Positions 1 through 16,122 of a stretch of DNA of 64,000 nt are shown piece by piece. Source of the DNA: Kofleriaceae bacterium (GTDB lineage: Bacteria; Myxococcota_A; Polyangia; Haliangiales; Haliangiaceae); assembly GCA_965215005.1 (NCBI GenBank), contig CBDCCZ010000012.1:128001-192000 (forward strand), in the 5' to 3' direction. The notes under the pieces were generated by a model, which was given only the letters and a program-made list of their open reading frames with translations, did not search any database and was not told the origin of the DNA. Position 1 is the first letter of the stretch; each line of letters begins with the position of its first letter. A program made the translations under genes and the position numbers.

Positions 1-2
1 CG

Positions 3-473
3 TTAGGCTCCGCGGCGGATCGCGCCGCCGAGCGTGCGGCGCGCAGGATCTATCTCGCGCTGCGCGGCGAGCGCGGACTCACGCCGCAGCGTTTCTACGA
101 GCTGGCCGCCGCTGCTGCCGAAGAAGGCGCCCGGATCGTGAGCGACGAGGGCAAAGCAGCCTTCGATTTCCCACGCCATGGCCGCGCCGTAGAGCCCTTC
201 GCAGCGGCAGCCTTCGCCATCCCCGAGGTCGGAATGGTCGCGCCGCCGGCGCGGACCGAATGGGGTTGGGACGTCATCCTTCTCACTCGCATCATGCCCG
301 CCGCCGACGTCTCTCGCGAACAGGCCGGCACGGTCCTCTTCGCCAGCCTGCGGCGCAATGCGTTCCTCAACTGGATCAACGAGCGCGTGCCGCCCGCCGC
401 CGTGGAGATTGATCGAGAAGCTCTGGAAGCGTTGACTCATGCCGAACAAGATTCGCGCCAGGTCACGCCGTGA
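3..473 (+). CDS. PpiC/parvulin-type peptidylprolyl isomerase, C-terminal part (5' truncated by window edge)
   Basis: Frame of ORF 138..473 is open back to position 3. FDFPRHGRAVEPFAAAAFAIPEVGMVAPPARTEWGWDVILL matches the rotamase pattern F.RG.MV.PFE.AAF.L..G.VS.PV.T.FG.HII. Confidence 0.75.
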   Translation, partial: LGSAADRAAERAARRIYLALRGERGLTPQRFYELAAAAAEEGARIVSDEGKAAFDFPRHGRAVEPFAAAAFAIPEVGMVAPPARTEWGWDVILLTRIMPAADVSREQAGTVLFASLRRNAFLNWINERVPPAAVEIDREALEALTHAEQDSRQVTP

Positions 474-832
474 GTCCCTTCGGCGCCATCTTGCGCGCCG
501 CGGTCGAGACCACTCCAGGCGCGCTCGGTGGCGCCTTCGCGGCGTGGGACGGTGAGATGGTCGACTCCTTCGCAACCGTCGAAACCGAAACCTGGGCCGT
601 TCTCACCGCCCACTACGGGGTGGTGTTCGCGCAGGTGCAAGCGGCGCTGAGCACCCTGCACTACGGCGGCGCCGAGCTCGTGCTCATCGAGCACGGCGAG
701 CTCGCCGTGCTCATCCAGGCGGTAGCCGATGGATACTTCGCGTTGCTCGCGGTGGGTGCGCCGCGGCCGCTTGGAGCGGCGATGCACGCGCTACGAGACG
801 CCGCTGCCGCGCTGCGCCAGGAGATGGCGTGA
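470..832 (+). CDS. Roadblock/LC7 (MglB-like) domain protein
   Basis: 120 aa, GALGGAFAAWDGEMVD pattern followed by beta strands (ELVLIEH..LIQAVADGYFALLAV). GTGA overlaps at both ends. Confidence 0.75.
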   Translation: MSPFGAILRAAVETTPGALGGAFAAWDGEMVDSFATVETETWAVLTAHYGVVFAQVQAALSTLHYGGAELVLIEHGELAVLIQAVADGYFALLAVGAPRPLGAAMHALRDAAAALRQEMA

Positions 833-2109
833 AGCTCGCGGCGTTGACCGTGCTCCTGGGCGCGAGCACCGCGCTGGCACAACCGAGTGCGCCAGCCGAT
901 TACGCCCCCGACAGCCCGACGTGGAATGGCCTCAGCACGCTGTCTGCCCTGGCACGCGGCCTCGGACTACAGGTCTACGCGCCATCCGCCCTCGATTGGC
1001 AAGAGCTCGAGGAGTCAGACGTCCTGTTCATCCTCTATCCGCGGGCGCGGCTCGAGCCGGTGCATGTGGCAGCCTTCATCCGCAACGGCGGTCACGTGCT
1101 CCTGGCCGATGATTTTGGCGCCAGTGACGAGGCCGTGGCTCGGCTCGGCATGCTGCGCACCAGCGGCATCGGCGTGGCGGCCGAGGCCTTCCACGACGAC
1201 CAGCCATTTGCGCCCATCGCTTCCCCGGTGACGGCAACCCATCCGCTGGCTCGTGACGTCGGCGAGCTCACCACCAATCACCCCGCCGTCCTTCGTGAGC
1301 TGCGTGGGCCCAAGGCCATTTTCGAGCTCGCCCCCGGCGAGGCGGTGGTTGCCGCCGGCTCCGTGGGCGGAAGCGGCCGCTTCGTGGTGCTGTCGGACCC
1401 AAGCGTGCTCATCAACCGCATGCTGCAGCTCGACGGCAACGTGCAGTTTGCCATCAACGTGCTGCGATTTCTGTCGCGGCCGCAGAGCAAGCGATTGGTG
1501 CTGCTAATCGGCAACTTCGACTTGCGCGGGGCGCCGAGCGACGCTCCGGCAACACCCGATGCCGACGCCGCGGCGCTCGCTGCCGAGCTCAATCGCTGGC
1601 TCGAAGAGGGCAACGACTACTTGTTGACCACCGTGGGGTTGCGCGCCGTCGCGGTCCTGGCGGCGGTGGTGTTGGCGCTGCTCGGGCTGGCGGTTCTGCC
1701 GCGGCTGCGCAAGCAAGCTCTCGACGGTCGCTGGACCCGCGCCAATCATCCGCTGAGCGATGACGTTGCCTCGGTCGTCGCGCGCTTTGACAGCGCCCAA
1801 AGCCGCAATTACCTACTCCCCGCCGCGATCCTGCGCGACTCTGTCGACCGTGCCTTGGCCGCCGCGTTGAAGCAACCCGAGCCGCTCCAGCTGCTGCAGC
1901 GGCATCAGCTGCTCGCCGAGGTCGAGGTCCACCTAGGGCAAGACGCAGCGGCGCGCCTGGCGCACCTGCACCGCCGGCTCTTTGGGCTGCCGAGCCGCAC
2001 CCAAGCAGCTTCGCCGTGGAGCGCAGGGTTTGTCTCGCGCCGCGAATTCGAGCGCCTCGACACCGAGGTCGCCGCGCTTTGTCGTAGGCTGGAGGCGGGG
2101 CTGCAGTGA
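829..2109 (+). CDS. DUF4350-like secreted/membrane protein
   Basis: Signal peptide, WNGLS, GGHVLLADDFG and GRFVVLSDPSVLINRML motifs, one TM helix. Lies upstream of MoxR. Confidence 0.7.
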   Translation: MKLAALTVLLGASTALAQPSAPADYAPDSPTWNGLSTLSALARGLGLQVYAPSALDWQELEESDVLFILYPRARLEPVHVAAFIRNGGHVLLADDFGASDEAVARLGMLRTSGIGVAAEAFHDDQPFAPIASPVTATHPLARDVGELTTNHPAVLRELRGPKAIFELAPGEAVVAAGSVGGSGRFVVLSDPSVLINRMLQLDGNVQFAINVLRFLSRPQSKRLVLLIGNFDLRGAPSDAPATPDADAAALAAELNRWLEEGNDYLLTTVGLRAVAVLAAVVLALLGLAVLPRLRKQALDGRWTRANHPLSDDVASVVARFDSAQSRNYLLPAAILRDSVDRALAAALKQPEPLQLLQRHQLLAEVEVHLGQDAAARLAHLHRRLFGLPSRTQAASPWSAGFVSRREFERLDTEVAALCRRLEAGLQ

Positions 2110-2154
2110 TCGCCGAGGGCAACGTCGTCAACATCGCCGTAGAGCAGGGAATGC

Positions 2155-3123
<969 letters not shown>

Positions 3124-3151
3124 GGAGCGGACTCATCGGCAAGAGCTCAAC

Positions 3152-4859
3152 ATGACTCCGGCGCTCGCTCGCCGCGGCAAGCTGATCCTCGCCAGCGCCA
3201 TCACCTTCGTCCTCGCCGGCGCCATTCATTTGGCGCCGCCGCTCGTCGGGCTCGGCAGCTTGGTCATCATCGCGCTGCTCGTCGGCTATCTGGCGTTCTT
3301 TCCCACCGCGGTGCTCCTGCGACGCAAGAAGATCGAGCTTTCTTGGTGGATTCCGCCGGGTGAGCGAGCCGGTGGCGCACTCGCCGCCGAGTGCCCCTTT
3401 GCCGTCCACGTCGCCTTTCGCAATCACGGCCGCCGAGCTCTACGCATCCTGGAAGTAACGATCCACGCGACGTCGGCGCTCGAGCCGCCCACCGCACTCG
3501 AGGCGGTGGTACCGCCGTGCCAGCAAGTGGAGGTGCGCGCCACCGCCCGCTGTCACGCCACCGGCTATCAGGTGCTGCATGGCGCCGTTCTCACCTTTGG
3601 TGATCCCCTCGGGCTCTTCTACGTGCGCGCGTTCTTCCCCAATCCCATGGCGATCAAGGTGTTCCCGCGGCAGATGAACGCACGCGGAGCGCCGCTTCGC
3701 TCCACCGGTGGAGCCGTGCACGATCAGGTGGGACTGCACTCCCACGCGGCGTCGCGGGTTAGCCGGTGAGCTCCGCGAGCTGCGCGAGCACGTCCCCGGC
3801 GATCCCTTCAAGTTCATCGCCTGGAAGGCCACGGCGCGGCGCCGCAAGCTGATGGTGCGCGAGCTTGAAACCGAGCTCGTCGCCACGCATCAGATCTTGC
3901 TCGATATCGCCGCCACCATGCGCGGCGGCGTCGCCGGTCACACCAAGCTCGATCACGCCATCGAGACTGCCACGAGCCTTGCCTCTGCCACGTTAGCAGC
4001 AGGGGATCGCGTCGGCCTCATGACCTACGACACGCGCGTCTACTCCGAGCTGCGGCCCGCCCGCCGGTCACCATCATTTGTTGCGACTCGTCGACTGCCT
4101 GGTGGAGACGCAAAGCGTCGTCGACGAGGATCTCACCGACGTGACCACCAGCGAGCTCGTCGCCGTCTGCGCACGCTACCTCGCCCATCAGGAAGCCGTC
4201 GATGTGCGCTTGCGGCGCGCCCCCGCCCCAGGCGATCCACTCTGGGAACGAATCGTCGCCGGTCCGGGTGGCGAGCTGTTTGACCTGCAGGCCCTCACGG
4301 CAATCGTCGACTCGCTGCTCCGGGCCATGGACCAAAGGCAAGGCGCAACGCAAGCTCGCGCCGGCGTGGTGGTGGTCGCGCGTCAGCATCACCGCCGACA
4401 CCCACCCCGCCATGGCCAAGCTGCGGCTGTTTTGCCGCCTGCGCGGGATCGAGTTGCCCTACCGCCGCGCCCATCCCGCCGGCCATCGCGCCGTGGGCTT
4501 ATCGAGGGCGGCGCAGCGTCTTGCCGCCCAACCCCGCGCCGATCGTCTCGTCTGGATCACCGATCTCCACGGCCTGCTCGAGCGCCCTGAGCTCACCTCG
4601 CAAGCGCTCGGCCGCGCGCGTCATCGCGGCGCGAGCATCGTCGCCGTGGTTCCGTTTGGGCCGCTGTTTGCCCCCCGCCCCGAGCACCGCCGCGGGCAAA
4701 CGCGTCGCCGCCGCCCTCGGCCGCGAAGAAACCGCCCACTTCGAGCAAGCCCGCCGCCTCCTCGCCGGCCACGGCATTCCGGTCCTACGGACCGGGCCGG
4801 GCGATCATCCGGCGACGCTGATGAGTCGGCTCCGTCCCGCGTCGCGCCGCGCCGCCTGA
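3152..4859 (+). CDS. DUF58 domain protein (frameshifted, probably sequence errors)
   Basis: N-terminal TM helices, DPLGLF, ELREHVPGDPFKFIAWKATAR, GDRVGL. Pieces lie in different frames with shifts near 3740, 4060, 4330 and 4680. Confidence 0.85.
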
Positions 4860-4873
4860 GCTGGTCGCTAGAT

Positions 4874-5668
4874 CTACACCCACGGCGAGCGCACCGCCGG
4901 GTGCACCGCTGCAAAGAGAACCAGCACCGCGACCTCGCAGGCCACGTTGGCCGCCCCCAGCGTATCGCCGGTGATGCCCCCGAGGCGGCGATGGAAATAG
5001 CGGCCGGCGCCGTAGGCCACCCCCACGGCTAAGCCGCAGGCCCAAAGGCCGGTGCTGCCGGCAAGGAGCAGCGCCGCCAGCACGGCGCCGGCGCCGGTGA
5101 CAGCCAGGATGCGACCACTGGCGCCGGCAACGAGGGGCTTGCCGAGGCCGGGCTCCTCCAAGCGAACGTAAGGATGAAGGCGCAACAGCAGCAGCGATGA
5201 CCAGCGGCCGAGGGCATGGGCGAGAATCAGCGCCACGGTCCACGCGCTCGGCGCCATGCTCCACAGGCAGGCGGCGCGCAGGCCCAAGAGCAGGACCAGC
5301 GCGAGCGCCCCGTAGGTGCCGACGCGGCTGTCGCGCATGATGCGCAGCCGATCGGCGCGAGCAAAGGCGCCGCCGATGCCATCAGCGCTATCGGCGAGAC
5401 CATCTTCATGAAAGGCACCGGTGAGCAAGACGCCAAGGAGCAGCACGAGCATCGCGACGAGACCGGGCGCGAGCGGGATCGACAGGAGCCCCGCGGCCGC
5501 GCTTGCCATCAGCCCGCCGACGATGGCACCAACGATCGGAAACCAGCGCGCGGCAACGACCAGATCCGCCGCGGAGGGATTGAGCTCGCGCGGCACCGGC
5601 AGCCGGGTCATGAACTGCAGCGCGACGAGCAGCGAGTACAGCGGCGGCAGGCGCCAAAGCGGTTTCAT
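4874..5668 (-). CDS. cobS: Adenosylcobinamide-GDP ribazoletransferase (cobalamin synthase)
   Basis: QFMTRLP, TGAFHEDGLADSADG, IMRDSRVGTYG, GGITGDTLGA. Confidence 0.96.
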   Translation of the reverse strand: MKPLWRLPPLYSLLVALQFMTRLPVPRELNPSAADLVVAARWFPIVGAIVGGLMASAAAGLLSIPLAPGLVAMLVLLLGVLLTGAFHEDGLADSADGIGGAFARADRLRIMRDSRVGTYGALALVLLLGLRAACLWSMAPSAWTVALILAHALGRWSSLLLLRLHPYVRLEEPGLGKPLVAGASGRILAVTGAGAVLAALLLAGSTGLWACGLAVGVAYGAGRYFHRRLGGITGDTLGAANVACEVAVLVLFAAVHPAVRSPWV

Positions 5669-6711
5669 GCGCCTTCCATGATTGCAGCCAGAGTCGTCAT
5701 TTCAGAAACGATGGCGCAGGCGGCGCTCGCCAGCGGCAGCGCCAGCGCGGCGCCGCTGGCTTCTCCCAGTCGCAGCTCGAGGTTCAACAGCGGCGGGCCC
5801 AAGTCCAGGGCAGCGAGCACCGCCTGGTGGCCCGGCTCCGTCGAGAGAGTTGCAGGAATCAGATAGCCGCGGGCGCTGGGCGCATAGCGAATGGCGGCAA
5901 GCGCGGCGACGCTGGCGATGAAGCCATCGACGAGCACCGGCAGGCGACGCGCTGCGGCCCCTAGATAGGCACCGACCATGGCCGCGTGGTCGAAACCGCC
6001 GAGGTCGGCGAGCACCGCGGCGATGTCGGCGCGAGCGGCGCTCGAGCGCGCCAACGCCCGCTCGACCACGGAGATTTTGCGCGCGACGCCCGCGGCATCG
6101 AGGCCGGTGCCCGGTCCCACCACGGCGGACGCTGGCCGATCGAGGAGCCGAGCGGCGAGCGCGGCGGCAGCGGTGGTGTTGCCGATGCCCATCTCTCCCA
6201 CCGCGAGCAGCCGGCACCCCGCCTTGGCCGCTCGGGTCGCCGCGTCCGCGCCAGCAGCGACAGCTTGCCGAGCCTGCGCCAGAGTCATCGCTGGCTCGCG
6301 CGCGATGTTGCCGGTGCCTTTGGCCACCGACGCCAACACCAGCGACGAGCCGGCGACGGCAGTCATCTCGGCGGCGACACCAACGTCGATGACCTCGAGC
6401 GAAGCGCCAGCTTGCCGGGCCAGTACCGCCACCGCGGCGCCGCCGGTGCAAAAGGCGCGCACCATGGCCGCCGTGACCGCCTGAGGATACGGGCTCACGG
6501 CTTCGGCAACCACGCCATGATCGGCAGCGAAGACGAGGACGCGAGCGGGCGTGCTCGCGGGCGGGCTACTCGCCTGCGCCGCGGACAGGCGCACCGCCAG
6601 CTCCTCGAGTCGACCAAGGCTTTCGGGCGGCTTGGCCTTGGCATGGAGCCGTGCTTGCGTCGCCGCTGCCGACGCCGCACAAACGGGAACAATCGCCGAG
6701 ACCTCGAACAT
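5665..6711 (-). CDS. cobT: Nicotinate-nucleotide:dimethylbenzimidazole phosphoribosyltransferase
   Basis: KPPESLGRLE, FAADHGV, GEMGIGNTT, GPGTG, DGFI, LRLGEASGA. ATGA overlap with cobS. Confidence 0.96.
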   Translation of the reverse strand: MFEVSAIVPVCAASAAATQARLHAKAKPPESLGRLEELAVRLSAAQASSPPASTPARVLVFAADHGVVAEAVSPYPQAVTAAMVRAFCTGGAAVAVLARQAGASLEVIDVGVAAEMTAVAGSSLVLASVAKGTGNIAREPAMTLAQARQAVAAGADAATRAAKAGCRLLAVGEMGIGNTTAAAALAARLLDRPASAVVGPGTGLDAAGVARKISVVERALARSSAARADIAAVLADLGGFDHAAMVGAYLGAAARRLPVLVDGFIASVAALAAIRYAPSARGYLIPATLSTEPGHQAVLAALDLGPPLLNLELRLGEASGAALALPLASAACAIVSEMTTLAAIMEGA

Positions 6712-6775
6712 GGCTGGCAAGGCTTACGCGTCCCCGGCGCCGAGGTCAATGCATGCTCCGCGCCGACAAGCGTGC

Positions 6776-10748
<3,973 letters not shown>

Positions 10749-10944
10749 CAGGCAAGGCTCCAAAGCGACAGGGAGAAGAACGCTGCCCGCGGCTTGAACG
10801 GGCGCGCCCGCAGGGACCCGCCGGATCGCCCACGGCGACGGCAGCATCGATCGCCGCTATGACATCCGAGGATCTGCTTAGCCCGCGAGGCCCACGGCGA
10901 CCACTCCAGAGCCGCCAGCTCTGGGGTGCTATATAATGATGCGC

Positions 10945-12633
10945 ATGCTTCGGCACCTGACGGTGCTCCTGGTCGTGCTCGACGTCGCTATGCCAGGCAC
11001 GGCCAATGCCGCGCCGCGAGTGACCGTGCAAGCGCGAACCGAGGTGGTCCTCGAGCCCCTTCGCCGGCAGGCCGACGGCGTCCTCGTCCGCGCTCAGCTG
11101 CTGGACCGCCTCACGCGCGCTCCCGTCGCCGCGGCGCCGGTGCGCATCACTGTCGATGGTCAGAGCCAGGAGCACCGCACGGATCGCGACGGCCGCGTCG
11201 ACGGCATCTTCGCTATCGGAGAGCGGAGCGAGCTGCGCGTGGAGTTCGCCGGCGACGCCCACTACAGCGCCGCTTCGGTGCAGCTCAGCGAGGTCGACGT
11301 TGCCAAGGAGCCGCTCGAGCTCAGCGTCGAGGTGGGCGACGTGGCGCTGTCGGCTCCGACCTTCGAGGTCATCGTGCGTGCGGGAACCGACGTTGCTGGC
11401 GCCGCGATCGCCGTGGAGCTATGGGCCGACGACGGCGCCGAGCGAGCGCGTCTCGGCACTCTCGTCACCGACACCACCGGACGGGGCGTGCAGCAGGTTG
11501 CGACCGCGCTGCTCGATGCCCCCGGACGCAAACGCGTCATTGCGCGCTTTGCCGGCAGCGATGCTTTCAACCCCGCAGAAGCCGCGACTCCCTTGCTGCT
11601 GACCACCACCACCGAGCTCGCCATGGCCGTGGCCCCTGCCGAGATCGCTTTCGAAGGGCGGCTCGCGACCCGAGGCCGGCTGATCGACGCCCGCGGCGAC
11701 GGCCTCAGCAGCGCCGTCATCGCGGTGGTGGCCGACCAGCGCCGCCTCGGCGAAGCCATCACCGATGACCGTGGCCACTGGACCTTTACCGTGCCGGCAG
11801 CCGAGGTCGGCACCGGTCGCTGGCACGTGCAAGCCCACTTCGAGCCCCTCCTGCCGTGGCATCGAGCCAGTCGCAGCGGGCCAGTCGCGCTCCGCGTGGC
11901 CGAGCCAGCGCCGGTGCCAGTTGGCTACACCATCGCCGCGTTCGCGGCCACTGCGCTGGCGCTGCTAGCGTTCGTGCTGCTGCGCCTGCGACCATGGCGG
12001 CGCCTGCGTCGGCCGCGACCGGCCTCGGTCGCAGCACGACCGCCCTCTCAAGCGGCTCCGACGCCTGCGTTTATCCCCGCGCAGCCACGCTTCATTGCCG
12101 GCATGCGCCAGCCGCACGAGGAGCGATTCACCGGCACGGTTCACGATGCCACGACCGGCGCGCCGGTGCCGGACGCCGCGCTGGAGCTGCGCGGCCCTGG
12201 CGAGACGATCGTTCTATCCTGCGACGGCGCCGCGCGCTTCGCCTCGCCGCCGCTGGCGGCAGGAAGCTTTACGGTGCGCGCTTGGGCCGCGGGCTACGTG
12301 ACTCACGAGTTCACGATCGCCCTGCCCCATCGCGGCGAGCTCACGGAGGCGCGGATCGAGCTCGTCGCCATTCGTGAGCAGATCTTCTCGTGCTACCGCG
12401 CCGCGGCCCTGCCGCTGATACCCCGCAGCGAGCTGTGGGGCATCTGGACGCCGCGGCAGATCTTCGAGCACGTCCGGCAGCAGCGCCCCGCCGGCGCGCT
12501 CCGCCACCTCACGGATTTCGTCGAAGAGGCGTACTTCTCACCGCGAGCTCCTGACGAAGCAGCGCTCAACGAGGCCCTCGGGCGCATCGAGCGTGCGCGC
12601 CACGAGCAGGCCGGGTCGAGCGGCGCTGACTGA
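10945..12633 (+). CDS. Secreted/membrane protein with Ig-like and carboxypeptidase-regulatory-like domains and a DUF4129-like C-terminus
   Basis: Signal peptide, TDRDG/TDDRG beta-sandwich motifs, TM helix, GTVHDATTGAPVPDA, C-terminal TPRQ..LTDFVEEAYFS. Alternative ATGs at 10936 and 10939. Confidence 0.6.
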   Translation: MLRHLTVLLVVLDVAMPGTANAAPRVTVQARTEVVLEPLRRQADGVLVRAQLLDRLTRAPVAAAPVRITVDGQSQEHRTDRDGRVDGIFAIGERSELRVEFAGDAHYSAASVQLSEVDVAKEPLELSVEVGDVALSAPTFEVIVRAGTDVAGAAIAVELWADDGAERARLGTLVTDTTGRGVQQVATALLDAPGRKRVIARFAGSDAFNPAEAATPLLLTTTTELAMAVAPAEIAFEGRLATRGRLIDARGDGLSSAVIAVVADQRRLGEAITDDRGHWTFTVPAAEVGTGRWHVQAHFEPLLPWHRASRSGPVALRVAEPAPVPVGYTIAAFAATALALLAFVLLRLRPWRRLRRPRPASVAARPPSQAAPTPAFIPAQPRFIAGMRQPHEERFTGTVHDATTGAPVPDAALELRGPGETIVLSCDGAARFASPPLAAGSFTVRAWAAGYVTHEFTIALPHRGELTEARIELVAIREQIFSCYRAAALPLIPRSELWGIWTPRQIFEHVRQQRPAGALRHLTDFVEEAYFSPRAPDEAALNEALGRIERARHEQAGSSGAD

Positions 12634-12701
12634 ATCGAGAGTGACTTTGGCGGCCCCGCCCCTTCCTCGCCGATAGTCCTGCCAGTTATAAATCCGGCGG
12701 C

Positions 12702-13848
12702 ATGACCGCCACCGAAATTGCCATTTTCGTCGGTGTCCTGGCTGCGGTCGTCCTGTTCCTCTTCATTGTTCGGCGGGCGTCGGAGAAGAGCGCGGACGAG
12801 AGCGCCAAAGCCGTTCGTGAGCGACTGGGGCCGTGAGGAAGCGGCGCGCGCTGAGCCGGCAGCGCCCAAACCAGCAACGGCTCGAGCCGCTCCTGCAACT
12901 CCTTCGCGGGCCGAAAATTTGGCCGTCGAGTCGGAGGAGCGCGCTGTCCTCGAGCAGGGCCTGGCCAAGACGCGCGGCGGTTTCGTCGCTCGACTGGGCA
13001 CGCTGTTCTCGAAAAAGAAGATCGACGACGAGCTTCTCGACGAGATCGAAACGGTGCTGTTCACCGCCGACATCGCCCCAAAGACAGCGGAGAAGATCTT
13101 TCAGCAGGTCAAAAATGCCTTGTCGCGGGGCGAGCTCAGCGATGCGGAGGCCATTTGGTCGGAAATCCGCCAGGCCTCGGCCGCGATTCTCGCCGTGGAG
13201 GCACCGCCGCTGCGCTTTGACCGCACCAAGCCGTTCGTGTTGCTCACCATCGGTGTCAACGGCGTCGGTAAGACCACCACCATCGGCAAGGTCGCCGCCA
13301 AGCTGACCCGCGAAGGTCGCAGCGTCATCCTCGGCGCTGGCGATACCTTTCGCGCCGCCGCCGTCGAGCAACTCGAGATCTGGGGCGAGCGCGCCGGCGC
13401 CCCGGTGGTCAAAGGGGAAGCCAAGCGCGACCCTTCCTCGGTGATCTTCGATGCCATCGAGCGCGGCGTCGCCGACAACGCCGACGTGGTCATTTGCGAT
13501 ACCGCCGGGCGCCTGCACACCAAGGTCGACCTCATGGACGAGCTCAAGAAAGTGCGCCGTGCCTGCGATAAAGCGCTGCAGGGGGCGCCGCATGAGACCT
13601 GGTTGGTGCTCGATGCAACCACCGGCCAAAACGCCATTCAGCAGGCGCAGATGTTCAAGCAGGCGATGGACATTACCGGCATCGTCCTCACCAAGCTCGA
13701 TGGCACCGCCAAGGGCGGCGTCATCCTCGGAATCGCCGACGAGCTCGGGGTACCGGTGCGCTACATCGGCATCGGTGAGCGAGTCGAGGATCTGCGCGAG
13801 TTCGATGCGCGAGCGTTCGTCGATGCTCTTTACGCCCACGCCGCATAA
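12702..13848 (+). CDS. ftsY: SRP receptor FtsY with N-terminal TM anchor (one frameshift near 12830)
   Basis: [50 protein letters not shown] 12702 gives [25 protein letters not shown] in a shifted frame. Confidence 0.95.
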
Positions 13849-13866
13849 CCAACGAAGGTCGTCGAG

Positions 13867-13896
13867 TTGCTGGTTTCGAAAATGCCATGTTATAGT
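13867..13896 (+). promoter_or_regulatory. sigma70-type promoter of the OM barrel genes
   Basis: TTGCTG-18 nt-TATAGT with extended -10 TG, in an AT-rich intergenic region. Confidence 0.5.
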
Positions 13897-14010
13897 GCGC
13901 CAGCGTTTGGGGACGCGTGCAAGCCTGCATGATCATTGCGTTTTTATTAAGTGCGGGCGCGCCGACCGATGCGCGTATCAGAGCCTGGCTCGCGGAGGGA
14001 GAACCCTGAG

Positions 14011-14929
14011 ATGAAGCGACGCTGTATCTGGTCTTTGCTAGCGTTCGCGCTCTTCTGCTTCGGCGGAGCGACGAACAGCTTCGCCCAGGACGAAGACGAC
14101 GACATGACCTTCGATCCCGTCGATCCCTCCGCGGAGCCGGCGCCCGAAGAGTTCGACCCCGTCGATCCGTCTGAAGAGCCGGAGTTGCCCGAACCGGAAC
14201 CGGAGCTGCCCGAGCCCGGCGAAGCGGGCGAGCCATTGACCGCCGACGATGCCCCGCTCGGGCGAAGTCGCGTCTCCTGGCAAGACATCGTGGTGGTGGT
14301 GCGTAAGCCGTTCCTCAAGGTGGGACGCGCCGAGCTAGTCCCGCTGTGGGGCACCACCATGAATGACAATTTGATTCGGCACTACATGTTCGGCGGCCAG
14401 CTCAACTATTGGCTCACGGACGTGCTGGCGACCGGCATCGAAGGCTTCTACTACGTGGACGATTTGCGCGAGCCGTTCGACCTGGTCGCGCGGCAAGCAC
14501 GGCGGCTGCCCACCGTCAACAAGTACAACTACAGCGCGGCGCTCAACTTTCACTACGTGCCCATCTACGGCAAGTTCGCCGTGCTCAACGAGCACATCAT
14601 TACGTGGGAGTCCTACTTCACTCTCGGGGTCGGCATCACCCAGTCCGAAGTGCTGCCGCGCGACCCGGCGCTGCAGTCGTTTACCAACATGCTGATCACG
14701 CCCAACGTGGGCGCGTCGATGCGCTTCTTCCTCACCAAGGTTCCTCACGGTCAACTTCGGCGTCCGCGACTACGTGTTCATCGATCAATTCGAGGCTACC
14801 GATCGCACCGAAATTTCCGGCGACGCCGCCAAGGACAATGCCAGCACGGCCCTCATCAACAATGTGATGTTCCAGGCAGGGATCAGTTTCTGGTTCCCGA
14901 CCTCCTTCGAATACACCACGTTCCGCTAG
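14011..14929 (+). CDS. Outer membrane beta-barrel protein, myxobacterial GltA/B/H-like family (frameshift near 14740)
   Basis: Signal peptide, acidic PE-rich linker, [28 protein letters not shown]. Shifted frame ends [23 protein letters not shown]. Confidence 0.8.
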
Positions 14930-15139
14930 CCACCGGGACCGCGCATTCTGGCAACAGTCACCGCAGAGCGCGTTCCTAGTGAGCCACAAGGGACGGAAGA
15001 CCACGATTGATGAAACCTCACTGTACAAATCGCCAAGGCGAAAATCTCGTCTGCCACGCCTCATCTAGGGTGGATGAGACTCGGCTGGGTGCGTTTGATA
15101 CGTGGGACTAGGCGCCGCATCTCCGGCATGGGAGTCGAC

Positions 15140-16013
15140 ATGACGTTCCGCAAATTGCTTTCTTCGCTGCTCGTCGCGGCCGCCCTCGTGGTGCCGAGCC
15201 TGGTTGCCGATCACTCGCTTGCGCACGCGCAAACCGAGCGGGAGAGTCCGCTGGCCGATCAGCCGCCGGTGCGACATCGCATCCTCTTGGTGCGCAACCG
15301 CTTCGAGATCACCCCCGCCTTCGAAGCCACGGTCAACCCCGAGTTTCGCCAGGCGCTGTCGTTTGGTGGCAAGCTCGAGTACCACATCAGCGACATGTTC
15401 TCGGTGGGCGTGGTCGGCTTCTACGGGATCAATCGCGACACCGAGCTCACCAGCCGAATCATCAATACGTTGCCCGATGGCAATACCGCGCCGCCGCCCG
15501 CAGGCGACCCCACGCCTACCAAGCAAGAGTTCAGCTCGCACCTCAACGAGATGCCGTTTCACGGCGCCGCCTATATAGGCTTGACGCCGTGGTACGGCAA
15601 GCTAGCCGCGTTTGGGCAGTTCTTCGTCAACTTCGACTTTTATTTTCAAGCCGGCGTCTCGTTTGCGCAGCTCAAAGCGAGCTGTGCCGACACCGTCTGC
15701 AGCGACCGCAACCCCGGCGTCTCGGATCCCGCGGAGGGTCTAGCACCTGACAACGATCCCAATAACGATCCAACGCTCAATGATGGCAACCGCTATGGCC
15801 TGTATCTGGGCGGCGGCATTCACGTATTTCTCAACGACTTCATCGCCCTCGACCTCACCGTGCGCGACCTACGCGTTCTCGGACAATCCCTCGGGCTTGG
15901 ACTTCAACGCCGACCTCGCCGTCACCGACGACGACAGCCGCTTCTTGAATCATCTCTTCATGGGCGTGGGCATCTCAGTACTGCTGCCGTTCGAGGCCAA
16001 GCGCACCCCGTAG
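15140..16013 (+). CDS. Outer membrane beta-barrel protein, GltA/B/H-like paralog (frameshift near 15868)
   Basis: GGAG SD, signal peptide, [26 protein letters not shown]-terminal [14 protein letters not shown] is in a shifted frame. Confidence 0.8.
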
Positions 16014-16055
16014 CCTCCGGCCCTGCTCGCGGCTCTCGACGCCAGCCGAAATCAG

Positions 16056-16091
16056 CAACGCCGCACAGGCCCAGAGGCTCGTGCGGCGTTG
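16056..16091. terminator. Hairpin between convergent genes
   Basis: Perfect 11-bp inverted repeat CAACGCCGCAC/GTGCGGCGTTG. Confidence 0.5.
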
Positions 16092-16122
16092 TTCGTTACC
16101 GCGCGGGGTGGCTACGGTACGG

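Noticed and set aside
6712..6775. Cobalamin riboswitch before cobT, or glycine riboswitch before the AGCS gene
   Set aside because: The spacers are too short or lack recognisable consensus motifs.
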